Origin: Candidatus Marinacidobacterales bacterium
Lineage (GTDB): Bacteria > Acidobacteriota > Vicinamibacteria > Marinacidobacterales > DATDRI01
Assembly (NCBI GenBank): GCA_965219415.1
Contig: OZ244742.1
Location: 1,920,001 to 1,984,000, forward strand
Direction: 5' to 3'
DNA: 64,000 bases
Below, piece after piece: positions 1-10,034 of the stretch. A program made the translations under genes and the position numbers. The notes below the pieces were generated by a model. It worked only from the letters and a program-made list of their open reading frames with translations, did no database searches and had not been told where the DNA came from. The stretch's first letter is position 1, and each line of letters starts with the position of its first letter.

Positions 1-1314
1 GATGGTTTGGTGTTGGCTCCTGGATTCATTGACAACCACAGTCACCACGACAAAGGGTTGTTCGAGATGCCGGGGGCGCTGGCGGCGGTCAGTCAGGGAA
101 TCACCACTGTCGTGGCCGGGCAGGATGGAGGTCAGAATTATCCTCTGGCGGAGTTCTTTGCCAGCCTAGAAACAACGCCCGTCGCCATCAATGTCGCTTC
201 CTATGCCGGTCATGGGACATTACGACGCCGGGCAATGGGGGAGGACTTTCAGCGACATGCGACACCGGAAGAGTTGGCAGAGATGGTGAGTCTGTTGCGT
301 GCCGAGATGGAGGCCGGCGCATTGGGGCTTTCGACCGGGCTGGAGTACGATCCCGGGTCCTTTTCGGCAACCGAAGAGTTGGTGGAACTCGCCAGAGAGG
401 CGGCTCTCCATGGAGGGCGCTATATCAGCCATATCCGGAGCGAGGATCAGTATTACTGGGAAGCCATCGATGAAATCATCAACGTCGGTCGTGAAGCCGA
501 GATACCGGTTCAGGTGAGCCACATAAAACTCGCCATGACCCGTTGGTGGGGGCAGGCCGACCGACTGACAACCAAACTGGATGAAGCCCGGGCATCGGGC
601 GTCGACATCACCGCAGACATCTACCCTTATCGGGCCTGGAATTCAGGATTCAGCTGGCTGACGACAGTGTTCCCGGATCGCGATCTGGAGCGACGGGATG
701 GGGCGGAATACATCCTCAGCGATATGCTATCGCCGGAGGGCATCCTGCTCGCCACTTACCGACCGGAGCCCGCCTACGACGGCATGACCATCGCCGAGAT
801 TGCCGTTATCCGTGGATCCGACCCGGAGACAACGCTGATGGAGTTGTTGAAGGCGGAGATGGCCATGGGTGACAAGGAGTCTGGATCCCAGATGTTAGGT
901 TTTGCCATGGACGAACCCGATATCGAGTCCATCATGGCCTGGCCACATACCGTAATCGGCAGTGACGGCGAACTCGCCGGTGTTCACCCACGTGGCTTTG
1001 GCGCCTTTACTCGGTTTCTCGGACATTACATCCGTGCGCGCAATGTGATCAGTCTCGAAGAGGGCATTCGGAGAATGACCTCACTCTCCGCCCAACACGT
1101 CGGGATCGCTGAGCGTGGCTCGATCCAGGTGGGTCACTACGCGGATCTGGTCCTGTTCGACCCCGAGAGGGTCAGCGACCGCGCGTCTCCCGAGGCCCCT
1201 CATGTGCCTTCCTTGGGTATCGAAAAGGTCTGGGTCAATGGGCAATTGGTGATTGAGGGCGGCCAGATCACCGGCAACCGACCCGGCAAACCGATTCGGC
1301 GGGCCAGCCCCTGA
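1..1314 (+). CDS. N-acyl-D-amino-acid deacylase (D-aminoacylase) family amidohydrolase, 5' partial
   Basis: APGFIDNHSH, STGLEY, SHIRSE, SDG and HPRGFG motifs, C-terminal ADLVLFDP...VWVNG; frame is open from position 1. Confidence 0.9.
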   Translation, partial: DGLVLAPGFIDNHSHHDKGLFEMPGALAAVSQGITTVVAGQDGGQNYPLAEFFASLETTPVAINVASYAGHGTLRRRAMGEDFQRHATPEELAEMVSLLRAEMEAGALGLSTGLEYDPGSFSATEELVELAREAALHGGRYISHIRSEDQYYWEAIDEIINVGREAEIPVQVSHIKLAMTRWWGQADRLTTKLDEARASGVDITADIYPYRAWNSGFSWLTTVFPDRDLERRDGAEYILSDMLSPEGILLATYRPEPAYDGMTIAEIAVIRGSDPETTLMELLKAEMAMGDKESGSQMLGFAMDEPDIESIMAWPHTVIGSDGELAGVHPRGFGAFTRFLGHYIRARNVISLEEGIRRMTSLSAQHVGIAERGSIQVGHYADLVLFDPERVSDRASPEAPHVPSLGIEKVWVNGQLVIEGGQITGNRPGKPIRRASP

Positions 1315-1355
1315 GTCTGACCGACGCCAAAAAAGGCTTCCGCGAAAGAAACACC

Positions 1356-2278
1356 ATGGAAAAATCCTGGCAGCAACAGCTCGATGCGGACCAGATCGTC
1401 CTGACGACGGGGCCACTGGCACTGAACTTCAACGACGCGGCGTACCGATGGACAAAGTTGCGTGGAGTGGGGCTGCCGTGCTCACTCATCCAGATGTCGT
1501 ACGTGAAACGCACGAGGACTATATCCGCGCTGGGGCGAAGGTTATCATTACAAACACGTTTGGATCGACGCGGCAAATGCTAGAGCCAGCCGGCTATGGA
1601 GACCAGGTCGAGGCGGTCAATCGGGGCGCTGTCAAACTTGCCAGGCAAGCTCGCGATAACGTGGCCCAACAAGCTGTGGCGGTGGCAGGTTCGATTTCAT
1701 CAGAGCCGCCCGGCTTTGATCGAGACGCGTTTTTTTCACCCGAAAAGGAATTAGAGGCCTACCGAGAAGCGGCAGGCCTTCTGGCGGATGCGGGCGTTGA
1801 TTTGATAGCGCTGGAGATGATGGTTGAAACGACTCATGCGTCCCGCGCGTTGCAAGCGGCATTAGAGACAAAACTCCCCGTGTGGTTGGGTGTTGGCTGT
1901 AAGAAAACAGAGGACGGCAAGATCGTGAGCTTTGACCACACCGGCCTGGAGTTGGCCACGGTGCTGGACGCTCTCATCCCAAAGGGACCGACCGTGGTTA
2001 ACATCATGCACAGTGAAATCGGGGCCATTCCTCAGGCCATTGAATTGGTTCGGCAACGGTGGTCGGGACCTATCGGCGTGTACCCCGAAACAGGATACTT
2101 TACCAAACCGAATTGGAACTTTGTAGACGTCATACCGCCAGCTGATTTGGTAACCGAAGCGCTCGGCTGGGTTGCGGCGGGCGTACGTTTGCTCGGCGGA
2201 TGCTGCGGCACAAGCCCCGACCACATCAAGGCTCTCCAGGCGGCGATGCCGGAGCTAGAAGCTGCTCGAAGCGCTTAG
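1356..2278 (+). CDS. Homocysteine S-methyltransferase family protein, 1-nt frameshift near 1403
   Basis: ATG 1356 MEKSWQQQLDADQIVL continues one frame over as DGATGTELQRRG; H..YIRAGA.VI.TNTF and GGCCG motifs. Confidence 0.85.
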
Positions 2279-2353
2279 CCCGTGGCGATATCGGAACACG
2301 AGAATTCCGGCGACAAGAACAATTAGGGGCAAAACCTGGCCGACACTGGCAGC

Positions 2354-3685
2354 GTGAAAAGCGAAGGGCTGGTGCGTGTCATCGGTACCTGGGCACTGGG
2401 ATTGAGTGTTGTCAACTTGGTCGTGGGTGCCGGCATTTTTGCGTTGCCGGGGCGAGTCGCGGCGGAACTGGGTTCGGCGGCCATAGTTGCCTACCTGGTC
2501 TGCTCGGTGGTGCTTTCCCTGGTCTTCCTTTGCTTCGCCGAAGTCGGCAGCCGCGTAAGTCGCAGCGGCGGCGCTTATGCCTACATCGAAGAGGCCTTTG
2601 GTCCGTTCGTGGGATTTGTCGCCTCGATCCTGTTTTGGTTCGGCTACATCGCAATGGCGGACGCTGGTCTCACGGTCATCATGGTTGAATCGATAGCCAC
2701 AGTGGTTCCCATTCTAGGTGAGTCCATCCCTCGTGCAATCTTCATCATCGCCCTGCTGGCGTTCCTCACAGCAGTGAACGTCATTGGCGTTAAGGCCGGT
2801 GTCAGGCTATATGTCTTCAATACGTGGGCCAAGCTAGTGCCGCTGCTGCTGTTGCTGGTCGCCGGGCTGCTCTTAATCAATGTTGACAATCTCGCTGTTC
2901 CCGAGTAGCCCTCGGCCAAAGCCATCGGCGCAACTACGATCCTCCTGTTTTTTGCTTTCACCGGAGCCGAGTGCGCGTTGAACGCCAGCGGCGAAATCAA
3001 AAACTCTGCGAAAACCGTTCCAATGGGACTTATGTTTGGCATCGGCGCGCTGCTGGTACTCTACATCGGACTGCAAACGGTTTCGCAAGGCGTGCTCGGG
3101 CCGGAACTCGCCAACAACACCGAGGCGCCGCTCGTCGCTGTCGCAACCGAAGTGTTCGGCGACTGGGGTGGCAAGATGCTGCTGGTGGGCATGGTTATTT
3201 CAATCTATGGCGCGTTGAGCGGCGACATGCTGGGCGGACCAAGGATTGTTTTTGCCTCGTCGTTGGACAATAACCTGCCGAAATTTCTGTCCAAGGTGCA
3301 TCCGCAGTACAAGACACCTTACGTCGCCATCATTTTCTTCGCAGTGATCGTGTGCGCGTTTGCGCTAACCGGCACGTTCAAGTACCTGGTTGTGTTCGCA
3401 ACCGGCTCGCTGCTGCTTATTGATCTCGGTGTCAGCCTCGCCGTGCTGCGCTTGCGTCAGCGCGACGGCCTGCCCAAAGTCGGCGAGTTCAGGCTTCCGT
3501 TCGGCCCGCTTATTCCACTGTTGAGCTGCGGTATCGTCGGTTGGCTGCTCTTGCAGATGCCGCTCGAGGAAGCCATCAGTGTCGCGGCGCTCGTTAGCGC
3601 CTCTGTCACGGTTTACGTGATCCGCGCCTTGTTACGTCGCTCGTCGGGCAAATCTAAGCCGGCGGTAGCACCGCTGGAACCGTAG
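2354..3685 (+). pseudogene. APC-family amino acid permease with in-frame TAG at 2906-2908
   Basis: VGAGIF, SGGAYAY and FAFTGAE motifs; ORFs 2354-2908 and 2978-3685 share a frame; stop lies in LAVPE*PSAK, probably a TGG. Confidence 0.8.
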
Positions 3686-3844
3686 CAGCGATTCGAGTCA
3701 GAACTCATGCTCTTCTGCTTCCTGAGAATCGAGTGCCCTTCGATTGGAGTCGGAGGCCCACCGGGTATGCCCCACCCCCCTTGATGCCCCAGTGTTACCC
3801 GAACCCCGCCGCCCGAGGCCCGCTCCCCCGTAACCCATTGCCCT

Positions 3845-3890
3845 TGGAGCCGGCGAGAGGATTTGAACCTCCGACCTGCTGATTACGAAT
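3845..3890 (-). repeat. att site: 3' half of tRNA-Thr(CGT), copy 1
   Basis: 46 bp identical to 18555-18600. Confidence 0.95.
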
Positions 3891-4015
3891 TTGCGCCCCT
3901 ACGAACCAGGAAGACCCACCGTAACCTAAGAGCACCCGAACAAAGGAAGAAGGCGGGCGGATAGTTGCTCGTGGGTTACCGTAATTCACCCTGGTTTGGA
4001 ACCAACTTGGAGCCA
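3845..4015. repeat. About 170-bp direct repeat shared with 6107-6276 (att core plus arm)
   Basis: TTGCGCCCCT...GAACCAGGAAGACCCACCGTAACCTAAGAGCACC...TTCACCCTGGTTTGGAACCAA is near-identical in both copies. Confidence 0.9.
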
Positions 4016-4389
4016 CTCACGCAGTCCAGGCGAAGGGTCGGATCGTGATGCACTTCACTCACAAAGCTGACTGGCGTCGGACCCGCTCACGGCTAATCTC
4101 GGGCACCTCCCTCAGAGCGGCCAACTCTTCACCCGTAGCCAGCCGGCCCGCCCCGATCCAAACCATTCCATGCGCTGCCGGAGGCCGCTACAGGATCGCT
4201 GAGGGCCTCCTGCTCTTTGACTTTACAGCCTGTGCAGGGCTATTTTCACGCTCAAAGGGACCCAGCCGCGTCCTTCTTTTAGACCGGTCGGTTTCGCGAG
4301 CGGCCAGGGTATCGGGCGCGGGTGACGGTAGCCTTTGTCTGTGCTCATCGCTCTCCTGGGTTTGTACTGGTCCGTAGAGAGAGCTTTGT

Positions 4390-5715
4390 ATGCCTAGGGC
4401 TTTGGACATCACGAGAATCGCCACGGTCTTTTTAGCGTTGGCTCTCGTGGCCGGCGAAGCATGGGCCCAGGCCGGCCCCACCACTTTTCAATTCAGCTTC
4501 TCCAACCCCGGCGCGCGCAGTCTGGGTCTGGGTGGTGCCTTCGTCCCGCTCGCGGACGACGCCACCGCGGCCTTCGCCAATCCCGCTGGTTTGCAGCAGC
4601 TGGTTCGAGCGGAGATTTCCGTCAAGGGAAGACTCTGGGGCTACACCACACCTTTTACCGTAGGAGGGAGACTATCTGGTCTTCCATCCGGCATCGGTCT
4701 CGATCAGACGGCGGGCTTGCGCGTCTCCGAATCTTCGGACACGCTTTCGGACCTGTCCTACCTCTCGTTCGTTTATCCCTCCGAGAAGTGGTCGCTTGCC
4801 GTCTACCGCCACCAGTGGGCGAGCTTCGAAGACTCCTCGAACACCCAGGGTTTCTTCGGCGACTCTCCCGACATCAGTACTCGCCCGCGCCGCCGCTGTG
4901 GCCCCGACACCTACAGGGTCCGCGACTTCACCGCTTTCAATGAGCTCGAGATAGTGAACTACGGTGTGTCCGGTGCCTATCAAATGTCGGAGAAACTGAG
5001 CATTGGAGGTGGCCTCTCCTTGTACGACGGAACGTTCGACAACGGAGGCGAGTTCTTTGCCCTCGTCGACGCGAACCTCCCCCAAGGCTGCTTCGGCCCG
5101 AGTATCTCCGCGCCCGAGGCGCGGATCCTCACGGCCAGCACCACCATCGACGACACGGCCTGGGGGTTCAATGCCGGAGCGCTCTTCGAGCTTTCGAGCC
5201 ATTGGAAGCTTGGCGGCGTCTACCGTCGGGGCCCCAATTTCCAGTTCACCGAGGAGCGAAGCGGCCCGATACTGGATCTACCCGAAGGCACGATCCTTGT
5301 CAGCGAGACGGGCAAGATCCGCATGCCGGACGTATTCGCCATCGGAATCGCCTTCAAGTCGGAGAACGGAGCCGTGACCGTCGGCTTCGAGTGGGATCGG
5401 GTCATCTACTTCAACGTCCCCGATAATCTGGAGCTAAACGACGGCAACGAGCTTCATTTGGGAGGTGAGTACGCTTTCATCGAGTGGGCGCCCGCCGTGG
5501 CTCTACGATTCGGGCTCTGGCTCGACCCGGACCACCGCATCCTAGCCCTCGAGGGCGAGGCGCTCGACAAAGCCATTTTCCGCGGCGGGGAGGACGAGCT
5601 TCACGTCGCCTTTGGTTTCGGTTTGGCCTTCCAAAGTTTTCAGGTCGACTTGGGGGTCGATCTCTCGAAGCTCGTCGACACGGCTTCCGTCTCCGCCATC
5701 ATCTTCAGTTTCTAG
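4390..5715 (+). CDS. OmpP1/FadL/TodX-family outer membrane beta-barrel
   Basis: Signal peptide; NPGARSLGLGGAF...DDATAAFANPAGL hatch motif; C-terminal Phe. Confidence 0.85.
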   Translation: MPRALDITRIATVFLALALVAGEAWAQAGPTTFQFSFSNPGARSLGLGGAFVPLADDATAAFANPAGLQQLVRAEISVKGRLWGYTTPFTVGGRLSGLPSGIGLDQTAGLRVSESSDTLSDLSYLSFVYPSEKWSLAVYRHQWASFEDSSNTQGFFGDSPDISTRPRRRCGPDTYRVRDFTAFNELEIVNYGVSGAYQMSEKLSIGGGLSLYDGTFDNGGEFFALVDANLPQGCFGPSISAPEARILTASTTIDDTAWGFNAGALFELSSHWKLGGVYRRGPNFQFTEERSGPILDLPEGTILVSETGKIRMPDVFAIGIAFKSENGAVTVGFEWDRVIYFNVPDNLELNDGNELHLGGEYAFIEWAPAVALRFGLWLDPDHRILALEGEALDKAIFRGGEDELHVAFGFGLAFQSFQVDLGVDLSKLVDTASVSAIIFSF

Positions 5716-5889
5716 CTTTGTTCCCTCGCGAGCATGCAGCGTCCCGTGAGCGGACACCGCCGCGAAGGGTTTCTCTGCTGCCCCTATCTCGCCACGGACT
5801 ATCTCAAGGCACAACGCTTGCGCCTCCAACTGCAGGGCGGATCTGGACGAGATCCTCACCGATGCCAATGTTCTCGTCTGCCCCACCGA

Positions 5890-6098
5890 CCCTACGCTTG
5901 CATCTCCGACATAGCTTCGCGTCCCTCCGCCTAGCCGAGGGCGCTCCGCTGACCTACGTCAGCCAGCAGCTCGGGCATAGCTCACCAGACACGACGCTTC
6001 GCCATTACGCTCGGTGGATACCCGACACGAAGCACTTTGGAACCAAATCTGGAACCAGGGGCCCTTCCAACGAAGAACGATCCGCGCAAGTAAGTTGA
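5890..6098 (+). pseudogene. Tyrosine integrase C-terminal remnant
   Basis: HLRHSFAS...VSQQLGHSSPDTTLRHYARW carries box II residues and the catalytic Tyr; N-terminal part absent; ends beside the att. Confidence 0.85.
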
Positions 6099-6106
6099 AT
6101 CCTAAA

Positions 6107-6152
6107 TGGAGCCGGCGGGCGGATTTGAACCGCCGACCTGCTGATTACGAAT
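6107..6152 (-). repeat. att site: 3' half of tRNA-Thr(CGT), variant copy 2
   Basis: 46 bp with 3 substitutions; T-stem GGCGG/CCGCC instead of GGAGG/CCTCT. Confidence 0.93.
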
Positions 6153-6346
6153 TTGCGCCCCTCAGAACCAGGAAGACCCACCGTAACCTAAGAGCACCTA
6201 AACAAAGGGAGAAGCCGGGCGGATAGGTGCTGTGGGTTACCGTAGTTCACCCTGGTTTGGAACCAAGTTGGAACCAAGCCCTGCCTACGAGCAACCCTCG
6301 TGGGAGCCATTCGGACAAGAGCATAAATGCCCACAACTCCCAATCC

Positions 6347-6393
6347 GTCTAGTGGACTAGACAGATCGGGCGTTCCTAGCGTATAATACTAGG
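6347..6393 (+). promoter_or_regulatory. hicAB promoter with palindromic operators
   Basis: TAGACA-N18-TATAAT; palindromes GTCTAG-N4-CTAGAC and CCTAG-N9-CTAGG overlap the -35 and -10. Confidence 0.7.
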
Positions 6394-6597
6394 GTGACGG
6401 GGAACGACCTGTTGCGAAGGCTTCGCAAGCTCGGCTGTGAGGTCGTTCGCCAGCGAGGCTCTCATGTCAGGGTTAGATGCGCGAAGTGCTCGACGACAGT
6501 GCCGATTCACAAAGGCGAAGATCTGGGACCCGGACTCCTGCGAAGTATCGAGCGCGACTTGGAGCCGTGCCTCGGAAAGAAATGGTTGAAACAATGA
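6394..6597 (+). CDS. hicA: HicA-family mRNA interferase toxin
   Basis: 67 aa, RQRGSH and TVPIH motifs; ATGA overlap with the next gene. Confidence 0.93.
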   Translation: MTGNDLLRRLRKLGCEVVRQRGSHVRVRCAKCSTTVPIHKGEDLGPGLLRSIERDLEPCLGKKWLKQ

Positions 6598-6980
6598 AAG
6601 GTTATACGGTCCGGTACGAACGAGACGAAGGGGGTTGGTGGGTAGCCACCGTTCCCCGCATCCGTAGCTGCCATACGCAGGGGAGAACCCTCGATGAGGC
6701 ACGACGCCGGATTCGAGAGGCTTTGGCGCTCTTCATCGACAACGCTGAGAGGGTTGAACTTCGGGATGAGATAGAGCTTCCGAACGACGTCCAGAAGACG
6801 CTACGGAAGGTGGCCGAATACCGGCACGACGTAGAAAAGCTTCAAAAGCAAAGCGCCGGGGTACTCGAGAAAGCAATTAAACAGCTCACCGAACGCCTAA
6901 AATTGAGCACACGCGATCAGGCTGACTTGCTAGGACTCTCCCATCAACGAATTCACCAGATCAAACAAAAAGCGGGATAA
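6594..6980 (+). CDS. hicB: HicB-family antitoxin with C-terminal HTH
   Basis: WWVATVP...CHTQGRTLDEA; C-terminal DQADLLGLSHQRIHQI. Confidence 0.92.
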   Translation: MKGYTVRYERDEGGWWVATVPRIRSCHTQGRTLDEARRRIREALALFIDNAERVELRDEIELPNDVQKTLRKVAEYRHDVEKLQKQSAGVLEKAIKQLTERLKLSTRDQADLLGLSHQRIHQIKQKAG

Positions 6981-7015
6981 GCACTACCGTCGCTTTTCAT
7001 GGATTGCCAGACGTC

Positions 7016-7060
7016 TGGAGCCGGCGAGAGGATTTGAACCTCCGACCTGCTGATTACGAA
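7016..7060 (-). repeat. att site: 3' half of tRNA-Thr(CGT), copy 3
   Basis: 45 bp identical to 18555-18599. Confidence 0.95.
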
Positions 7061-8797
7061 GCTGCATCCGCTGAGACGTAGCAGGGCCGTTCGGTACAAA
7101 GGGTCACAAAAAAAGGGGATTTCTGAAGGGCGACGCCTTGGCTAACGCCGTTGCCTTCCTCTCCGTTACTCCGAGTTCGTCACCGGTTCGTCACCGGAAC
7201 TTTCGCAAACCGGCTTCCGGGACGCTCAACTCCGGAAACGGAGGGGAAATGGGGGACGGTCAATCGCTAGAATCGCGACCAAAAGCCATCCACCGCTTTC
7301 TTAATCTCAGTGTAATGGCCCGCGAAGCCGATCGTACAGGTAGTCGCTCACTGCAGTACGCCGTTTCTCGAACCCGGGAACCATTTTCGCGGCTCTATCG
7401 TCGAGGACCCCGAGGCCATACAACCGGCAAACGGCGGCGAACCAACGATTGGCACCAGCAATGGCCGGTTTTGTCAACAAGGCTGCCAGCGTATCGTAGC
7501 GGGTGTTGGCGATTGCGGCGATGCCACCAGCGTAGAGCAAGATCATTGCTGGATACCTCTGAAGCTCTATCCAGAGAGTGTATCCGCCGCCCTCCCTGGA
7601 ATAGTTTGCCAGCCGTTCTATCGTTTCCACCCAGAGATACTGGTGGTGCGTATCTCCCCAATAGCAACCTGTCACCTGTAACGCCAGCAGAACCTCGAGG
7701 CTCCCGTCATAGAACTTCAACCTTCGCTGAACACCGTCAGCATTTACCGGAGACGTATAATCGAACTGCTCCATCGCAAGTCGCTGATGAACATGCTCGC
7801 GGGCCTCGAGAACCAAATCATGGAGACGGATCTTGTCTGTCGACGTTGGTAGATACCGCTTGAGTGTCGTGACCGTCGTTTGGATCGAAAGAGGATGGGG
7901 GCGCTCGAACTCTTCCAGACTCTTGATCTTCTCCGCGAGTTCTTCGAATAAGGAGTCCGCAGACGATATGTGTACTAGAACGGCCCTGCGTGATTCGGCG
8001 ACTGTTCGAGCAAGTCCGCTTAGGTCACTTCGATGAGTCCAGTAGGTTGTAAACCTATGGGTCTTGCAGCGTTCCAAACTAGCTCGAAGCGCGTCGTCCC
8101 ACTCTGCGGATCAGCCACAGATCAAGAGTCCGTACTCATCAAGGATACGATCCAACAGACGATTGAACTGAGGGGGATATTTGGACAACTCCGTAGAAGT
8201 GTTTCTGATTCGTGTATCAATGTAGTCACCATGAAGTTTGAGAATCGTACACACGTTGTGAGAAATCGGCAGCGCACCCTTTGCGGCGTCGGGCGTCGCG
8301 ATCACGGTCGGCACAACACTTGTATCCTGGACCGCCTGCTCCAAGAGGCGATCGAAGTTGATGGTTACGATGACTTTGATGTGTTCACTGGATACTAGGT
8401 TTGCGATCGCTCGGTGGGCAGCGGTCGGAATTTTCTTCCCCTGTTCCCGGTCCTCGTCAGTGGGCTCGATATATCCGCTGAGGATCGCTCGGCGCTCGGC
8501 TCGTGTCGGGGCCAATACGGAGAGCAGCTTTGAATAATTTGGTTCTTCACCGAAGCTCTTGGCGTACCACTTCGCTGGGTCGGGGTCGCAGTCTTCCCTC
8601 TGTAGAGCTGCCACTCGTCGGATCAAATCTAAGACTATTTCCCAGCCGGTCGGTATTTCGGCTGAGCGAATCGAAAGTGTGCCAATCTTAGTTGGGAATT
8701 GAAACGGCTCCAAACCCCGTGGTTTGATGGCGTTGGACAAAACAAAATCAAGCCGCTGAAGTGACCCCGCTTTCGTGGACAGGTTAAGAGTTAGGGA

Positions 8798-9649
8798 TCA
8801 AGCGTCGCGATAGTACCTCCTTTCGAATTGGATAGGCGAGCAATAGTCGATGGCGGAGTGTCGTCGTCGCGGGTTGTACCAGCCTTCGATGAAATCGAAG
8901 GTCGCCATGCGCGCCTCAGCGTGGTAGCGAAACGACCGGCGCTCGATCAGCTCGCACTCGAGCGTCGCGAAGAAGCTCTCGCACATCGCATTGTCGTAAC
9001 AGTCCCCGACCGAACCCATCGACGGTCGCACCCCGGCCTCCCGGCATCGCTGGCCGAACGCTAGTGACGTGTACTGCGTGCCCTGGTCCGAGTGATGGAT
9101 GACGTCGCCGGGCTTGCGTTGGAACAGCGCCATGTCGAGGGCGCTCAAGACGAGCGACGTCCGCAGGTGGGTAGCCATTGCCCATCCGACGATGCGTCGG
9201 CTGAAGGCGTCCAGCACGACGGCGAGGAACAAGAAGCCCGACCACGTGGGCACGTAGGTGATATCGGCGACCCACAGGCGGTCGGGCCGGTCCACCTCGA
9301 AATTCCTGTCGACGAGATCGGGGGCGGGACGGGCGTCGTCACAGCGAATCGTAGTGTGCGCCCTCTTGCGCCGGTGAACACCTTGAATGCCAGCCTCGCG
9401 CATTAGCCGCGCTACACGCTTGCGTGAGACGTGGAGCTCGTGTGTCTCTCGTAGCTCGTGGAGGATCCTCGGCGCGCCGTACGTGCTCCGCGACGCGGTG
9501 TGAATCGCCCGGATCTTCTCAAGCAACTCCGCATCCGACACCGCGCGGGCCGACGGGGCACGCTCAAGCCACGCATAGTAGCCGCTGGCGGAGACGTCCA
9601 GCAGTCGGCACATCGTGGCAACCGGTAGTGAATCCTGGTTCGCCCTCAC
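8798..9649 (-). CDS. IS3 transposase OrfB (DDE)
   Basis: WVADITY, HHSDQGTQY and DNAMCESFF motifs. Confidence 0.95.
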   Translation of the reverse strand: MRANQDSLPVATMCRLLDVSASGYYAWLERAPSARAVSDAELLEKIRAIHTASRSTYGAPRILHELRETHELHVSRKRVARLMREAGIQGVHRRKRAHTTIRCDDARPAPDLVDRNFEVDRPDRLWVADITYVPTWSGFLFLAVVLDAFSRRIVGWAMATHLRTSLVLSALDMALFQRKPGDVIHHSDQGTQYTSLAFGQRCREAGVRPSMGSVGDCYDNAMCESFFATLECELIERRSFRYHAEARMATFDFIEGWYNPRRRHSAIDYCSPIQFERRYYRDA

Positions 9650-9960
9650 GAATCGGAAGGCTTCGGTGGTACCGACTCGGTCTCCCGAGCGAACCAGGCC
9701 GCGGCTTTTGAGAGGATCTCCCGCTCCAACCGTAGTTGACGGTTCTCCCGTCGCAGGCGGCGGAGCTCCGCACGCTCCTCACTCGTCAGACCGTCCTGCC
9801 TGCGACCCTCGTCGAGATCCGCCTGGTTCACCCAGTTCCGGATCGTCTGGCCCGAGGGCTCAAACTCTCGCGCCAGCTCTTCGGAGCCGCGGCCAGCTCG
9901 CACCAGCTCTACCATTTGGCGCCGGAACTCGGCCGCGTATCTGTTTCCCTGCTTTGACAT
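9646..9960 (-). CDS. IS3 transposase OrfA (HTH)
   Basis: RYAAEFRRQMV...LRLEREILSKAAAWFA; AAAAG slippage motif at the end. Confidence 0.93.
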   Translation of the reverse strand: MSKQGNRYAAEFRRQMVELVRAGRGSEELAREFEPSGQTIRNWVNQADLDEGRRQDGLTSEERAELRRLRRENRQLRLEREILSKAAAWFARETESVPPKPSDS

Positions 9961-10034
9961 CGTGGACTCCTGTCTCCCAAAGGATTAGGTGTCCACGAAA
10001 GCGGGTCAAGTCCACCGCGAAGAAAGGAGCCGAG

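Larger units (their letters stand above)
3891..6106. mobile_element. Degenerate integrative islet C (2.2 kb)
   Basis: Bounded by tRNA-Thr 3' copies; TGGA(A/G)CCA tandem repeats at both ends; integrase remnant. Confidence 0.8.
6153..7015. mobile_element. Mini-islet B (863 bp) carrying only hicAB
   Basis: Between two tRNA 3' copies; distal arm shared with islet C. Confidence 0.8.
8757..10014 (-). mobile_element. IS3-family element, 1258 bp
   Basis: IRs TGAAGTGACCCCGCTTTCGTGGACA / TGGACTTGACCCGCTTTCGTGGACA; CCGC target duplication. Confidence 0.95.

Noticed and set aside
2906-2908. In-frame TAG as pyrrolysine or genetic-code reassignment
   Set aside because: TAG terminates many ordinary genes here, no pyl genes are in the window, and one TGG-to-TAG change explains it
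3845-7060. tRNA-like repeats as extra tRNA genes or a CRISPR array
   Set aside because: They lack the 5' acceptor strand and D-arm, are spaced 0.9-11 kb apart, and no cas genes are present; they are att sites
8111-8113. In-frame TGA as selenocysteine or Trp recoding
   Set aside because: The position fits Trp in a gene already IS-disrupted, and TGA is a normal stop throughout the window
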